DNA of 64,000 nt, from assembly GCF_009914755.1 (NCBI RefSeq), contig NC_060929.1. One strand, 5' to 3'. This DNA comes from the human T2T-CHM13v2.0 reference genome, Homo sapiens. Below the pieces are notes generated by a model, which saw nothing but the letters and a program-made list of their open reading frames with translations, made no database searches and was not told where the DNA came from. Shown one piece after another: positions 12,887 through 33,335 of the stretch (positions are counted from its first letter, which is position 1; the number at the start of each line of letters is the position of its first letter). Both the position numbers and the translations under genes were made by a program.

Positions 12887-14924
12887 ATACATTTCTATAA
12901 ATATTTCTGAGGCCAGCTGGGGTAGCCATTTGGGTTGTAAAGGGATTGGTGTGTATGGGTGGAGTATAAAGTTTTACTAGCAGCCTTCCTACTCAGGGTG
13001 TCAAGCAGGTCCATCTTCAGAGGGCTAGGAGGAAGATAAACCTTATCCCACTGACCTAAGTTAGGTTTCTACTGGGGACCCAGTGACTAAATGGTGCAAT
13101 TTCCAACACACAGGGTCTGGATCTGGAGGTTTTAAGAATTTCCAAACTGTGAGAGGGCCTTGGCCATAGTTCAGGGAAGAGAAAGTTCAATTTTTGGCTT
13201 GCTATTAGTCTAAGGACACTGGTGTCAGCTTCTTTGGATTCAGCTTTCAGCAAGCAAGCATCTATCTGGAAGCTTTCCTTCATCAGGAAGCAGCTGGAGC
13301 ATGCCTATAGGGAAAGGGAAAACAGTAAGGGTAATTAGGAACAACAGGAGGAAAAATGATTTCCCAGAAAAGCACAAAAATCTAACATAAATCATTTTGC
13401 AGGCACTGAGAACTGAAGGGTCAAGACTTCCAGTTGATGTGAGTGGGGAAATGAGGCAAAAATTGGGCAAAAAAATCACTCTGCCAGAGTGGCAGGGACA
13501 TAGGTCATGGGGGAGGAGGAGCATGCCACTGAGCGAGCACAAGTAGGGGAAGCTGCCCAAGAAAACTTTTTGTGCTTCCTAACTTTCCCTTGGTCTTCTT
13601 CTCCCCAGAGACTCTTTTTCAGCTTGGCTGTTTTTCCTTTTCCCTGCTTGGAGAAATGAGGCCAGAGAGCACAAGCTGTAGTGAGCTGATTCCACTGTGT
13701 TGTTGAAGCAAAGAAGGGGCTAGTTTGGGGATTAGTGAGTTTTGTGTTTGCACCTGCAGTTAGCTCATTGGGCATGCTATTGCAGGTGGATGTTCCTTGC
13801 AGATGTCACTGTCCATCTGGCTTCTGCATCTGGATCTGCCACTTTACCTTGGTGTAACATGCAGTTATTTAATCCAGTTTTATTGAAAAGTTTCTCCCAT
13901 ATCAAGCACTGGATAGTTTCAGGAGAATTTTACTAATGTTTTATATGTGAGGGATGGAGTGTGGGGTGGACAGTGGAGGAAGCAGTGTGAATATGTAGGG
14001 TCAATTATAGGAAGGTTCACAGGGCAATACACAGAATGTCACCCTCTGCACTGGATTTTTTCCTCCCCCTCCCCACTATTCTTCTTCTTCCTTGTCACTT
14101 AGCATATGCGGTGATCTAGTATCATGTGTAGCAGTTTACCAACTATCTTCTAATATCTGCTGAATTCTATCTACCAAATAAATACTGAATTTATTGATTA
14201 GCTATTGTTACTTCTACCAAATAAATATTTAACTCTGTAAAAGGTAAAGTTTTTTAAGTAAAACTTGTTTTTCATCTAGTTACTTTTATAAAAAGACAGT
14301 GTGTCTTTTTTTAACATACATATTACACAGAACCTGTGTTGATATTTGTGAATATTTGGTTGTAATCATAAGTTAATCTCATTTTCTACAAAATCTACAT
14401 TAAGCATATACTAAACGATAAAAGTTACACAATAGTTGATTTTCTAATGGTTTTTTCTTGAAAATATTCTATAATTAAATGTGAGTAAGAGAATTTTTTT
14501 AACAAAGGAAGATAATAGGTTAGTCATTTTCTGCCTAATGATTTTTGTAATGAGACTTTTAATGGTGACTTTAAACTTGTCTGTTACTGACACCAATACC
14601 ACAGAGAGGAGCTATGATAAAACCAGTCGTTGGAATGAAACCAAAAAGAAAATATATAAATAACAGTTTAATAAAAACGCATTCCCAGAGCTGACCACAC
14701 TGCTCTATGGGAAAGCTGATAACCGAGGAGGACTCATTAGAAATATAACTCATTTTTTCTAATTTTTCTTCAACCATTTTTAGTTGATCTGTTTGGATCT
14801 ATTTTTTTGCTCAGTATAAATTAACATAATCTTCTGATTATAAACAAAGGTCACACTAATTATATTCTATTTCGAAAACTTTGAAGGCTTGAAAGGAAAA
14901 GATCAATGTCTGTAGTCATCTTAC

Positions 14925-15403
14925 TATCTAGTTTTTGCTTTGTTACAAACCAAGCCCAAAACCTAGTGGCTTAGAAAACAACAACAACAAAAACAAACAA
15001 CAACAACAAAAAAAAATAGTCATTTAGCTCACAACTCTTTCAATCTACTGGCAAGTTGGCAGTGACTGGCCGCCCTTGGGTGGCCTCATTCCTATGCTAG
15101 GCACTGGCTTCTGGTTGTTCTAGGAGCAGCAGCTGGGATGGCTTGTCTCTGTTTCATAGAGCCTCCCACTTTCCTGAACATGATCTCAGGCTTCTTTACA
15201 TGGTGGTCTCAAAGTTCCAAAGAGCAGTATGAGGGTGAATTTACATATGCCAGCCCTTATTAAGCCTTTGCTTTCTTCTCATGAGCTAATGCCTAGTTGG
15301 CCACAGCAAGTCTTATGGCCAAGTTCAGAGTCAGATGGGAAGATATGATTCAAAGGTCATCAATGTGAAAGGCACTTATTGTGGCCATTTTTGCAAACAC
15401 TAC
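14925..15403 (-). mobile_element. Old MLT1 (ERVL-MaLR) solo LTR
   Basis: ACAAACC..CCCAAAACCTAGTGGCTTA, TTGGCCACAGCAAGTCTTATGGCCAAG, ending CTACA; internal (CAA)n. Confidence 0.7.
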
Positions 15404-15448
15404 AAAAAAATAAACTTGGCAATAATCTATATACAGCTTTGTATCCTG

Positions 15449-15450
<2 letters not shown>

Positions 15451-15482
<32 letters not shown>

Positions 15483-15769
15483 AGACAGAGTCTCATTCTG
15501 TCACCCAGGCTGGAGTGCAGTTGTGCGATCTCAGCTCACTGCAACCTCCAACTCCTGGGTTGAAGTGAGTCTCCTGCCTCAGCCTCCTGAGCAGCTGACA
15601 CTACAGGCGTGCGCTACCACACCCAGCTAATTTATTTTTTTGTATTTTTAGTAGACATGGGGTTTCACCATGTTAGCCAGGCTGGTCTTGGACCCCAGAC
15701 CTTAGGCAATCCACCTGCCTTGGCCTCCCAAAATGCTGGGATTACAGGTGTGAGCCACCATGCCCAGCC
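15451..15769 (-). mobile_element. AluS (Sx-like), full length
   Basis: Dimeric Alu with ~31-nt polyT. TSD TGTATCCTGCA at 15440-15450 and 15770-15780. Confidence 0.95.
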
Positions 15770-17902
15770 TGTATCCTGCATTTTTCACTTATAAAATTAT
15801 AGTATGAGAACTTACCTATTAAATATTCTTTAGAAGTATGATCTTTGTTATATAATATTGAAATACCTGGTTATACCACAATTTGTTTATCCACTTTTCT
15901 AATAGAAATTAGAAAATTCCCCCCCTGGAAAAACTAGAGCAATTATTTTTTAGCAGCAATATTTGAGAATATCAAATTTTCTACAATGTCAGCAATGCAG
16001 CTTAGCATACATTTTGAAAATCTTTGTCAATTTGATAAGCAGAAAACTATATTTTCAAATTTACAAATTTTTATTAAGTCTCAAGCATTACCTTTTTTAT
16101 AAGACAACATTTTTAATTGTTGTAAACCATTAGTTATCTTTTTAGGAAAATGTATTTCATTAAAATAAAAATAAATTTATATATTCATAAAATATATGAT
16201 AGAAGAAGTATATAAGGGACGGAAGAAGCTTGAAAAATGACTTTATTTACATGATACCACATATTTAACTTCAGTGTTTTCATCCTATAATACTTAGAGC
16301 AGTTCTCAGAACTCTGAAAATGTTTTATGCTCCTTGAGGACAGGTCAAATAAAGCATATTGGAAAAAAAACAGACATTGAAATTAGGTGCTGGACATTAC
16401 AGTAACATAAAATCTGCATTTTTGAAAATTTGTTTTCAAGGTAAGGGTAGGAGAAAAGTTTTTCTTTTTTTGGTATGAGACTCAAAACTCCTATGATCTT
16501 TATTTAAAAAACAAAAACAAACCACAGCTTATAAAAATACCTACTCTTAGTCAAGCAAATATTCAGGAACAACACTGGAATAGTACTTTGGAAAACAATT
16601 TTTTTTCACTACCATTTTTGTGTTGGAAAAAGGGGTCATAGATATAGATGAACTAATTCTGCTAATCTTAAAATGTTGTTTTTAATTTGAATGTTGAAAG
16701 AACATAAAGACTAAATTTTAATAGAAACATTGGGTGTTACAGAATGTCAGAGAAACATTAGCTCTTCAACATTGAATGCATATAATATTTTTGATAACAG
16801 GTTAGGTGACAAAAATTCAAGCTTAATCTATACAATCTGTGCAATATGTGTGAGTTATGGATGTTGTGAGAACCTTAACTTTTGTACTTCCTGACTTTTA
16901 TATTGGATAAAGTAGTTTTTCAAAATGTTTCTGAAGTGGAACTTTGAGAAAATATTTTAAGGACAGGACACATAGCAAAAGGAAAGTGCAGGAGAGAATT
17001 CATAAGTAGCCAGTTGGGGAGCTCACTACTGGATGTGCTTCTGGTTGGGGCATCTCCTGATGACAATGTGGGAAACAACTCAAACTCAAGTGACTTTGAC
17101 CAGTTTTTAGACCTAATAAGATGGTCAAGATGCTTATCCCTCATTAGCAGTTGCCAATTTCGTAACACATGACTCTAAATAGGAAAGAGGAAGAAAGAAG
17201 AAAGAGAAAAATTTTGAATTTAATGCAGGAGAGAAGGTAATTTCTTCAAGCTGTTGAAATGCACTGATTGTGTCTTTTGTGGTGAGGAGGAGGATGTACA
17301 TTATAGAAAATAAACCACTTGTGAGAATGGAGCAAGGGAAAAAAAACCCCAATGGCAAAAAACTCACCTCCTACATCAAATATTTCTGCTATGGTCCAAA
17401 AAAAGGAAAACTTTTTCTTCGGCCTTAGGATATGTATCTTTTTACAGTGTAGATTATATTGTTTCATTCCCCAGTCTCTTTACTTATTCAAAGTTGTTTG
17501 CAAACATTTAATTCATGTAGTACAATTCAAAACATATGCCACTGGTGATCAAATGCTTTAATCTCCCTCTCTTATAAAATTTTCAGGTATTTGCAGTTTG
17601 TGGACATAATAATGTCACATTATTTCAGTGTTTAATTTGAGGACTAAAAGATGTTTGAGAAGTGTGTGTCATATTTGGACAATGAGAATCCAATTGAGTT
17701 CTTTGTTCACAAATATTACAGTTCCTTCAGAATTATGCTTTCTGAGTAAAATAATTCTTTTAAGACATTGTAATTTTATGTTTTATAAAATTTGATAAGG
17801 TTGATTGCTCAATTATTTCTGAAACTAAACAGCAAGTAATCACCTACAACAATAAACACAAAACAAAATAAATAAAACACTTTCTTCTTAATTAAAAAAA
17901 AT

Positions 17903-18204
17903 CTTTTCTTTTTTTTTTTTTTTTGAGACAGTCTTGCTCTGTCACCTAGGCTGGAGTGTAGTGGTGTGATCTTGGCTCACTGCAACCTCCACATCCTGGT
18001 TCAAGTGATTATCGTGTCTCTGCCTCCCGAGTAACTGGACCACAGGTGTGTGCCACCACATCTGGCTAATTTTTGTTACTTTTGGTAGAGACAGGGTTTT
18101 GCCATATTGGCCAGGTTGGTCTCGAACTCCTGACCTCAAGTGATCTGCCCACCTCGGCCTCCCAAAGTGCTGGAGTTACAGGCGGTGAGCCACCATGCCT
18201 GGCC
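17903..18204 (-). mobile_element. AluS (Sx/Sz-like), full length
   Basis: Dimeric Alu with polyT and a degenerate TTAAT..AAAA.AAT TSD. Confidence 0.95.
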
Positions 18205-18524
18205 TTAATATAAAACAATTTTTATAAACATTTTCCTTGCCCATTTTTATCTTTTATTTGTGTAATAGTGGTGAAAAGTAGATATAATTATAATGCCTCT
18301 GAAGAGTGAGAATTATCTTTCAAAGAAGAAAACTTAAGAAGATAAATTAGTGCTTGAGTAAGCTCGACAGTATATCACACAAGTAAAATCTGGAAAATAT
18401 AACAAGTTACAATAATATGGGCCTTGGTAAACTTTTAAATAATTACCATTGGCTTTGTGGAATCTTTAATTTATTGGATTCCCTTCCCTCTGATCTCCTG
18501 TATAATAATCTAATGAAAAGAGTT

Positions 18525-19016
18525 TATATTGTTTTAGGATTAAATTCCACACATTTAACAGTAACTTGGAAAAGTGACTTGAGCAATAATCTCTCAAGTA
18601 AGATAGGTGTGAAGATAGTTCAGAACTGGTATGACAGCTCATCAGGGTCTAAATTTGTCTCTCTTTCCATTCTGCCTTTCTCAACCTTAACATGTGGTTT
18701 CCATTCCTACAGTTGCCTAATGGTTTAATGTGGCTGCTAGAGGTCCGTCCATTACATCAGCTATCCAGTTAATTGGCAGGAAGGGGAGCATAGCAAAAAC
18801 GGGCATGCAATAATCATCTGTTGTTCTTTAAAGGAGCTATCTTAGAGCACCAAGGTAAAACTTTTAATTACGTCTTTTTGGCAAGAACTTAATCTTAAAG
18901 CCATTCTTAGTTGCAAATGAGGCTAGGAATATTACCACTTTGGATATACATGGTTTCTGCTACCATTGAAAAAGTGAAGAAGGGATATTAGATAGGCAAC
19001 TAGCTATCTCTGCCTA
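18525..19016 (-). mobile_element. Old MLT1J/K-like MaLR LTR
   Basis: TTGGCAAGAACTTAATC..CTTAGTTGCAAATGAGGCTAGGAA..GGATATTAGATAGGCAACTAGC..TCTCTGCC. Confidence 0.55.
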
Positions 19017-22000
19017 ATACATCTGTTTTAAACCCCTTAAGGGAATAACTTTTTGGTTCCAACACATGATACACATTCTATAAGTATTTGTTCACTTGAC
19101 AGATTACATGGACCATGCTAACACAATTTTTAATACCTACTTCTTACTTACTTCTTTGCTGCACATTCTCTTCCTGATTCCTGCCACTCAATGGACAATG
19201 CTCACCTGTTCTTATGATAGAAAGTGTATCCAAAAGCTCTTGGAAATAAAGGAGCTTGAGAATCTGAAATCTTTCAGGTGGAAAGTGTCACTTAGCTGGA
19301 TAAATGGGATGTACATCAGAAAGAAAAACAAAGTGGGTAATAAGTAGCTCTGCCATGAGAATGGCAGAATGGGTGATATGTGAAGACAAGGAAAGCACTT
19401 CTGTGAATACTACTGACAATAAATATAAAAATGGTGAGTTTTTCAGTAGCATAAATGAGATGAGGTAAAAGGGACTTTTGCTACTTGAATTCTAGTTATA
19501 AATGACACATTTACTTATATTTAAGTCCATAGCACATCTGCTTCAAGCAATGCTTTCATCAAAACCTGTTGAGATTACCTATTACCTAATTAATCTCATC
19601 TATACTTAATCTAAGTTCTTTCACCAAACAGCTCTCCTCCTTTTCAACTATATCCTTATTGCTTCTGAATATATTCCTTGACTAGAATTGAGATAATATC
19701 CTTGAGCGTACGTTGTTACTTCTAGTGCATAGGTTCTTTGTTTCTGAAATTCCCTCTTAGGATGCATGTTGTAGCTTTATTTTCCTTATACCATATATTT
19801 CAGGCACATACTTTTAGATCTTAATGAAAGCAATTGGTTCCAGCAAGTCTTTGTAAATCAAATCCAAATTGATGATTAGTTAAGTCTGTGTTTAATGTCA
19901 AATTAATATTAAATTTCATTTGAGAACCTTAAGTACCTATGTGTTCTATAATGATCTACCTGGCAGAACATTTTTTTTTCATTGTTTTTGGAACAAATCG
20001 GCTTATGCAACTCTCCTAAATGTGCTCACTGTAGGACTTTCTGCCATGCAGCAATAACACTCTTGAAGGCAATGCAAAATCTACATTTGTTTGGACCGTG
20101 AACTAGTCAGAGGGCATTTTAACAACTCTGCAGAATGCAAGAAGGTCTCTTTTATCTACAATTAAGTCCCTTGTTAGCTGTCATATCATTTGCCAGATGC
20201 TAAAGCCTCTCTCAAAACCCTCCCTAGATCTTTTTCCAACAAGGAGTTCACTTGTTAATCATCTTCTGCTTGCTGTAATCTATATGCTGAGTATAATATC
20301 TATATTCTGAGGATAATATCATTATAATATCTTTACCACAAGAAGGGAACATATTTGCTAGGTAACTGGGAATGGTGCATGTGAAGGACAGCATTTACCC
20401 CATTTTTACTTGATACACTCTCAATCAAGTTCTTGGTTCATGAAACTCTCATTTTGCAAAGAAGTAGATACTATTTAGTCCCCTCCTTATTGCCATTTTT
20501 TTTTTTTTTGCACATCATCTGGCTGATCCCCATGGGTTTCTCTAAATTATTGTACTTAACATATTCTGCGTGTACTAATAAACTCTGATTATATTTCATT
20601 CCCGAATACATGGCCTACAACTAGAATTTTTTCTGTTGCAATTAGGTATGATCATGTTCTGGTTCTTGGACTATGAGCTGGAGTATAGCTGTGTTAAAAA
20701 TAAAACACTTACAAATAAAGCAATTGTTAGTATCTCCTCTTTTCCGCTTCCTTATGACTGAGAAAAGGAGACAATTGAAATCTTGAACTAAGAGTAGAAA
20801 ATAGACTTTAAGGACGTAAGCAATCCTGCTATTCATGAACCATTCACCTCTGGATTGTTATATGAGAAAAGTAGATTTGATCTTCTTTAAGTCACTGATT
20901 TTGTTTGGGGCAGGGAAAAGGATAAAAGGAAAAGTAAGCCTCCTTGCCTTTGTGACATTGCCTTTTTCCTAATATATTGGTTTAATTTAAGTTCTACTTA
21001 GTTAGAACTGGCTTCTTTTGTGCAAATTACTCAATCTTCTGAATTTCTTTCTGAACTATAAAAAAAGATACCTTTGTTCAAAGGTTGTTGTGAGAATCAA
21101 ATGAAATAACACATGTGAAGCTAAAGAATTTTGGAATATTTAATTTAAGCTCATGGAATAAGTATAACACAAGATCTTCTTTCTTATTTCCAAAGAGCTG
21201 GGTCTTTGATTGAGGAAACGTGAATACCTCAAAGTTCTTGGAATAAAAAAATAGGCTTGGAAGGATTAGAATTTACTATATAGTTCCACAGTAATATGTT
21301 TTTAAAAGCACGCTTAATATAAAGTGCTTGAAAGCATATAATGGGAAAAAATGTCTGGGTGAGCTAAATCCTGGAATGAGAATCTTAAACATAAAGCTCT
21401 GTATTGACATTGTAGAGATTTGATTCCGTATTTGATTTAGTAATGAATTCATGCTTTCCTGTCTTGCTTCTCTCTTCTCTAAATTGGGAAATCTCAGAAG
21501 ATTTTTGGCTCAATGAATAACAAACTAATGGTTATGAGGAGTTTTAGGTATATAAATTTATTATCTGTAATAACAAACTTAGAACATATGTAAAACATAT
21601 TAGGGTATTGTCTGCTCTCAAGATATTTATTTATATTACAGCTTCAGTGTATAAGAAAAATTTATAGGGCTAATCATCACTTCTTTGTATTAGTGCAGAA
21701 AGCTACCACCCCCTCATTGAAGATTGGGAGACACATTTTCATTTAGTGACATTTTTCCTTGTGTGGTCTCTTTTTCTGAGTGTTCTTCATTCCCATGTAT
21801 TTATTACTACCAAGCATGAAATATTTTTTCTCCCATTTGTATAACTTTTTTCATTATGTAAAGACTCTGCTCATGAAACCAATTCCTTGTTTGTTATCAT
21901 GTAGAATTTTTAGTTATTTTTTCCTTTTGTATTCAAGACCTTCTTTTTCTTCTCTTCACCTGAATTATGCAATCTTAGTTCATTATGCATCCCCATACAA

Positions 22001-22332
22001 ATTCCTTGCTGAGATGATTTTTTAAATATGCTTTTGGAAATCTGGTGTTAGCATGAATCACCAAGAATATTACCAAGAGACATTTGAGTCAATTATTAAT
22101 ATACACACATATACACCACACATTGTAATTTAGAAATATCACACAGTCATATATAAAATCATACACAAAATTTTAACATTGTAGTGAACATTAATGTATA
22201 TATTACATTTTGTATTCTGCAGACCTTGGAAAAAAGCTTTTATTGCCATCAGTGTCCATATGTTTGAACATTTTATAAAGTGTCATTAATTAGAAACATT
22301 TTAGCTTTGGGTCTTTTTTTCAGACTTATCTA

Positions 22333-22703
22333 TCGTTATGAATTGAATTGTGCTCCTCCAAATTCATATATTGAAGACTGTCCTACTAGTATTAAGAATA
22401 TGGCCTTATTCAAAGATAGGTTCATTCTAGAGGTAATCAAGTTACAATGAAGTCATTAGAATGGGCCCTAATACAATAGAACTGGTGTCCTTAACAGAAG
22501 GGGAAATTTGGACACAGAGACATGCATAGAGGGATGACAACATGGAAAGGCATAGGGAGAAAATGGCCAAGCAGAGAGGCCAGGAACAGATTCTTGTCTC
22601 ACAACTCTCAGAAAGAATGTCTTCAGAATTGTGAGACAATATATTTCTGTTGTTTAAGCCACCTGGTCTGTGATACTTTATTGCTGTCCTGGTAAACTAA
22701 GTA
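22333..22703 (+). mobile_element. MLT1B-like MaLR solo LTR
   Basis: TGAATTGTGCTCCTCCAAATTCATATATTGAAG, GGGCCCTAAT..ACTGGTGTCCTT..AGAAGGGGAAATTTGGACACAGAGAC, TTTCTGTTGTTTAAGCCACC. Confidence 0.85.
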
Positions 22704-22916
22704 TGTTCATAAAACACAGTTCTTATTTTATATAGAAATATGTCCAACAGTATTTCAGTAGATGGCACCACCTTCCATTTAGTTGGCTAACAACAACCTG
22801 AGAATCATTCTTGAGTTTTTCCTTTCCCTTATTTTCCACATAGAAACTATCAGCAAATTATTTCTCAACTATCATCATTTTTCTTCATTACCACTACTAT
22901 TAGAAAGTCTAAGCCT

Positions 22917-23259
<343 letters not shown>

Positions 23260-23457
23260 CTAACTGATCTATTTTCTTCCATGATTTCTCATCTGTAATC
23301 CATTCTTATTGTAACAGACTGATACTTTTAAAATATAGTAATTTCATGTCTCTTCCCTGCCTGGAGCGCTGGTTGGGGCTTCCCTGTTTTCATAGAGGAA
23401 ATCCAGACTTTTCACCCAGTTTACCAGACTCTTTAGTTTTCTTACAACACAATTCAA

Positions 23458-26400
23458 GGGACTTTGGCTTTGGGCCTGAGGACGTAACTACTACCCAACT
23501 ATGCCCTTCCCTTAAGTAACTAGAAAACTTGACAACAAATTATGTTTTAAGATGTTGGGCAATAGGCAGTGAGGGACTGGAATTTCTGAGAGGAGAAAAA
23601 CAGATGAGCTAAGCAACATGATCATCTGGCTTTTTACCTACAGAAAATTTCTGGGAGTGGGCATCAAACGGAATATAGTAATCTCACCAAGATGAAGCCA
23701 GATATCTGACTTCCAGGCCACAGCGGCAGCTAGAATTTGCAGGGCAAGGTAGTGAGGATAAAGGAGCTCTGATAAGAAGAAGCTTTATAAATCTACATAG
23801 GAGAACCCACTGAGTCTTTGGCTGAATATTAAGCTGTGCATACACAGGGTAAGACAGCATGAGGCCAGGGAAAGAGCCTACTATTAAGTAAAAAACATCC
23901 ACTGAGGAGTGATGAAAGAACAATTTATAGAGCTCAAACAAGGCTGAATGAGTGAAGAATCATCATTAAAAATGCTTGGTGTTTAGTAGAGTCCCAGAGA
24001 GACAAAACCAAGGTAGTAGAGCTAATATAGCCCTAGAGTGAAACCTATACTAATTTTACATTAACAAAGTTAAAAACAAGTCTTGAAAGGATCGAGCTGA
24101 TGGGTAAGTAAATTGTTAGCCTGATGGAACAAAATAGAATACTCCATTAAGAAACACAAAAATCCAGACACTCAACAATGTAGCACCCATAACATCCAAT
24201 AACTACTAAAAAATTACAAGGCAGATGCAGAAAAGTATGAGTCTTAGTCAGGATTAAATCAATCAATAAAGATGGATTCAGAAATAATGAAAGAAATGAT
24301 AGAGTAAGAAGATAAGACTTTAAATTTGCCCATGGGTTTAGGGGAAAACATGAAAATAATAAGAGAGCACATAGGAAATCTCAGAACAGAACTGGAATTT
24401 ATATATAATAAAAAAACTAAATGGGAATTCTAGAACTGTAAAACAATATCTGAACTGAAATTTTCACTAGATTAAACACTGCAGAAGAAAAGAATGTTGA
24501 ACTTCCAGATCGGCAACAGAAATGATCCAAATTTAATGACAGACAGAAAAGAGGCTGAAAAAAACTTAACAGTCTTAATGACCCATAAGGCAATGTCAAG
24601 CCATATATTGTATTTGTAATTGCAATGAGAAAATGAGGACAGAGATTGTGGCAGAATATTCTTTTGAAGAAATAAGGGCTAAAATTTTCCAGATTGGATG
24701 AAAACTGTAAACTAACCTCACTAATTCAAGAATCTCAACAAACTCCAAGCTGCATAAACACAAAGCAAGCTAAAAAAATGTACGTTATAATTAAACTACT
24801 AAAAATCAGTGACAAAGATAAAAATCCTAAAAACAGCCAGAGAAATAAGATATATTATGCAGAATAGAATAACAGTAAAAATAGCCACTGACATCTCATC
24901 AAGAACTATGCAAGCCAGAAGACAACAATATGTTTTTAAAGTCCTAAGGAAAAAAAATGTGTCAACATGGAAGTCTGTTTTCTGCAAAAATGATTTTCAA
25001 AAATGAGACTGAAATATAGTTAAATGCACAAGACCTGTGAAGATTTTTTTCTTATTGGGCTACACTAAAAGATACGTTAAAGGAGAAGTTCTGGTCTGGA
25101 GTAAGGGCTCATGCCTGTAATCCCAGCATTTTGAGAGGCCAAGGTGGGAGGATTAATTGAACCCATGAGTTTAAGACTAGCCTGGGCAACATAAGAAGAC
25201 CCCGTTTCTACAAAAAAAAATTTTTTTAATTAGCCTGGTGTGGTGGTATATGCCATTAGACTCCAGCCTAGGTGACAGAGCAAGGCCTTGTCTCAAACAA
25301 AACAAAACAAACAAACAGAAACAAAAATAAGAATGTTTTTCTGGCAGAAGAAAAATGATACCAGATGGAAACTTGTACTATGTGAAGGAATAAATAATTC
25401 CAGACATAGTCAATATGCAGGCAATAAAATATTTTTATGAGTTGTTAATTTCTTTAATAGATAATTAGTGTAACAATGTAGTATGAGATTTATCTCATGT
25501 GTAAAAAAAATTATAAAAACATTACCAAAATGAATGGGGAGGGGATAAATGAAAGTGTATCATTATAAAGTTCTTACATGCAGAATTATATAATATTATT
25601 TGAAGCTAAATTATGACACATTTAAGATGCATATTGTGAAACAGCATAACCAAAACAAACAAAGACACAAAAAGGTACAGTTTAAAAATAAATAGGGAAC
25701 ATAAAATGGAATACACAAAAAATTCAATTAATTTAAAAAAGTCAGAAAATGAGAAAAAAGGAATAAAGAATAGCTGGGACAATTACAGTCAAATTTCAAC
25801 ATGGTGTTACTTAAATAAATGCCAATAATTGCATTATGTGTAAATGATGTAGCCATTCCTACTAAAAGAAAGACATTTTAATTTGAAAAAATGCCATATT
25901 ATTTGTGGTTTATAAGATAAACCCACTAAACAGAAAAAAAAACCAGATTAAAAGTAAAAAGTAAAAATATACATATACCATACAAACACTAATGTTAAAA
26001 AAATGAGACTGACTATACTAATTCATCCAGAAGATATAATAATTCTAAATGTATAATCCACAAAGGGAGAACTGAGGGCATTGAAGGGAAAAATAAAACA
26101 ATCCAAAATTACAGTTGAAAATTTTAACATTCTTCTCTTAGTAATTAATAGAAGAAGTAGACAAAAAATTAGTAATATATAGAAGACTTGGACAACATAA
26201 TCAACCTACTTAACCAAATTGCCATAAACCACTGCAGCCACACAACTGCAGAATATGTTTTTTTTTCAAGTGAAACATTCACTAACAACATTAGTGAATT
26301 GAACATGCTCTATAAGATTGAAATCTCTTACTACGATGATATTAAGTTAGAAATTAATAGTAAAAGACATGTGAAAAATCCCCAAATAATTGAAAATCAA

Positions 26401-26820
26401 ACAACACACTTCTAAATAAGCCATTTATCAAAGAAGAAAGTACTAGAGAACTCCTAGCTAGACAGATATAAATAAAAAGTAAGGAAATATAAATTAGTAA
26501 TGCAGGAATAAAGGAAGAGATATCACTTTAGAGCTAATGACATAGAGGGTAATAAGGAACATTACGAAAAATTTTATAATAAATTTGATAACTTAAAGTA
26601 AACAAATTTCTTAAAAGATACAAATTACCAAAACTTATATAATAGAATGTAGAAATATCCAAATAGCTCTTTAGTTCCTTTAGTTTTAAAAGAAATTAAC
26701 TTTGTAATTAAAGATCTTCCCCCCCAAAAAATTTCAAACCCAAGATGGCTTTACTTGGGTATTCTATCAAACATTTAAGGGATAGTTAGCATGAATCTTA
26801 TGCATTTTTCCCCACAAAAT
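23458..26820 (+). mobile_element. Ancient L1M (5'UTR, ORF1, ORF2 endonuclease), 3'-truncated
   Basis: ORF 24809..25006 is ORF1p-like (KILKTARE..ATDISSRTMQARRQ). Decayed ORF2 endonuclease sequence at 25.8-26.8 kb. Confidence 0.75.
25093..25330 (+). mobile_element. AluJ with internal deletion in the right arm
   Basis: Intact left arm; right arm jumps GGTATATGCC|ATTAGACTCCAGCC; (CAAAA)n tail. Confidence 0.85.
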
Positions 26821-27254
26821 AGCTTCCACAATCTCCTGTACTCACCACATCACAGAACTTATCAATCTATACTATTACCACATGTTTTTATTTCTATCTC
26901 ATTTGTTACCCTGAAGTCAACCTTTTAACTTTGTATTCGCAATGACCAGGATGGTGTCTGGCATATAAGTTTTGCTAAATAAATGTTTGTTAATTTGTTT
27001 TAAGTGAACATGTGTTAAGAAATGTTTATACTCCCACTAGAAATATACACGGGTTTTGGTGGTTCCACAAACTAGCCAGCATTTTATGATGTCAAATAAA
27101 TGTTTTGATTTTAGCCATTTTTGAGCATGTGTTGGTATCCCGTGGTTCTAACTTGCATTTTTTCTCTGACTGATAATGTTGAGCATTTGCATGTGAGCAT
27201 ATGACATTTTGTATACCTTTTTTTGTAAGGCACCTATTAAGGCTTTTGCTCATT

Positions 27255-32626
<5,372 letters not shown>

Positions 32627-32748
32627 TTGCTCATTCTTTATTTGATTGTTTGTCTTTTAATCTTTTTTGGTTACACATTTTTTATTTTTGTCTCTTTTTG
32701 TTTATGCATGTTTATTTCAAGTGAGATAAAATACCTTTAAATTTATAA

Positions 32749-33335
32749 ATGGAAAACTGATTAAGAAGAGGAACTTCGAAAAAAAAATTAGAAAGTCGAT
32801 GTGATAAGACTAATCAGCTCAAGATAACTGATTCTTCAATTAGTGTGGACCAGAATGACAGCCATGTAAGAAATAATGTCTCTGTGTCAAGACAAAACAA
32901 AACAAAACAAAACAACAGCAACAAGAAAATGGAATAAAATCAACCAACCAATCCACATTCCATTAAAAAAAATGTATCATGCAAAAGTCAAAGATAATTT
33001 TCACTTTGTGTATGGGGTTCATTTTTGTAGGTCAATTATTATATAATCAAATAGCCAATTATTTCATGTATTTCACGCAGCAAAATTTTGCAAAATAATT
33101 CTGAGGTCATTTGCTCCAAAACTACAATTTCAATTAGAAACAAAACAGAATGCATAATAACAGATTTCACAGCTTCTTTCTTTGTAAACTGAAGAGCTTA
33201 CTATCATCAAGAATTTCTGTGAAAGATTTAAATAGGGCAATGAAATTTTTTAAAAAATTCAAAGTAAGTCACAGATATAACAAAGGCAGTTATCTTAAAC
33301 TGATCACTTTGCTACAAATATCTTAAACATGTAAG
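32749..33335 (+). mobile_element. Probable hAT-Charlie/Buster transposase remnant (continues ~43771-43850)
   Basis: Decayed translations MEN*LRRGTSKKK, (Y)GFIFVG and PKLQFQLETKQ, then ISTIANT*DNTV after the LTR. These resemble Buster-family N-terminal motifs (KLRRHLETKH, IPLSNNTV). Confidence 0.45.

Noticed and set aside
11857-13936. Short ORFs in unique sequence as host exons
   Set aside because: No recognisable protein similarity or convincing splice architecture; non-coding exons cannot be excluded from sequence alone.
20640-20910. Possible LTR16/LTR33-like ERVL remnant
   Set aside because: Too degraded to assign or bound by eye.
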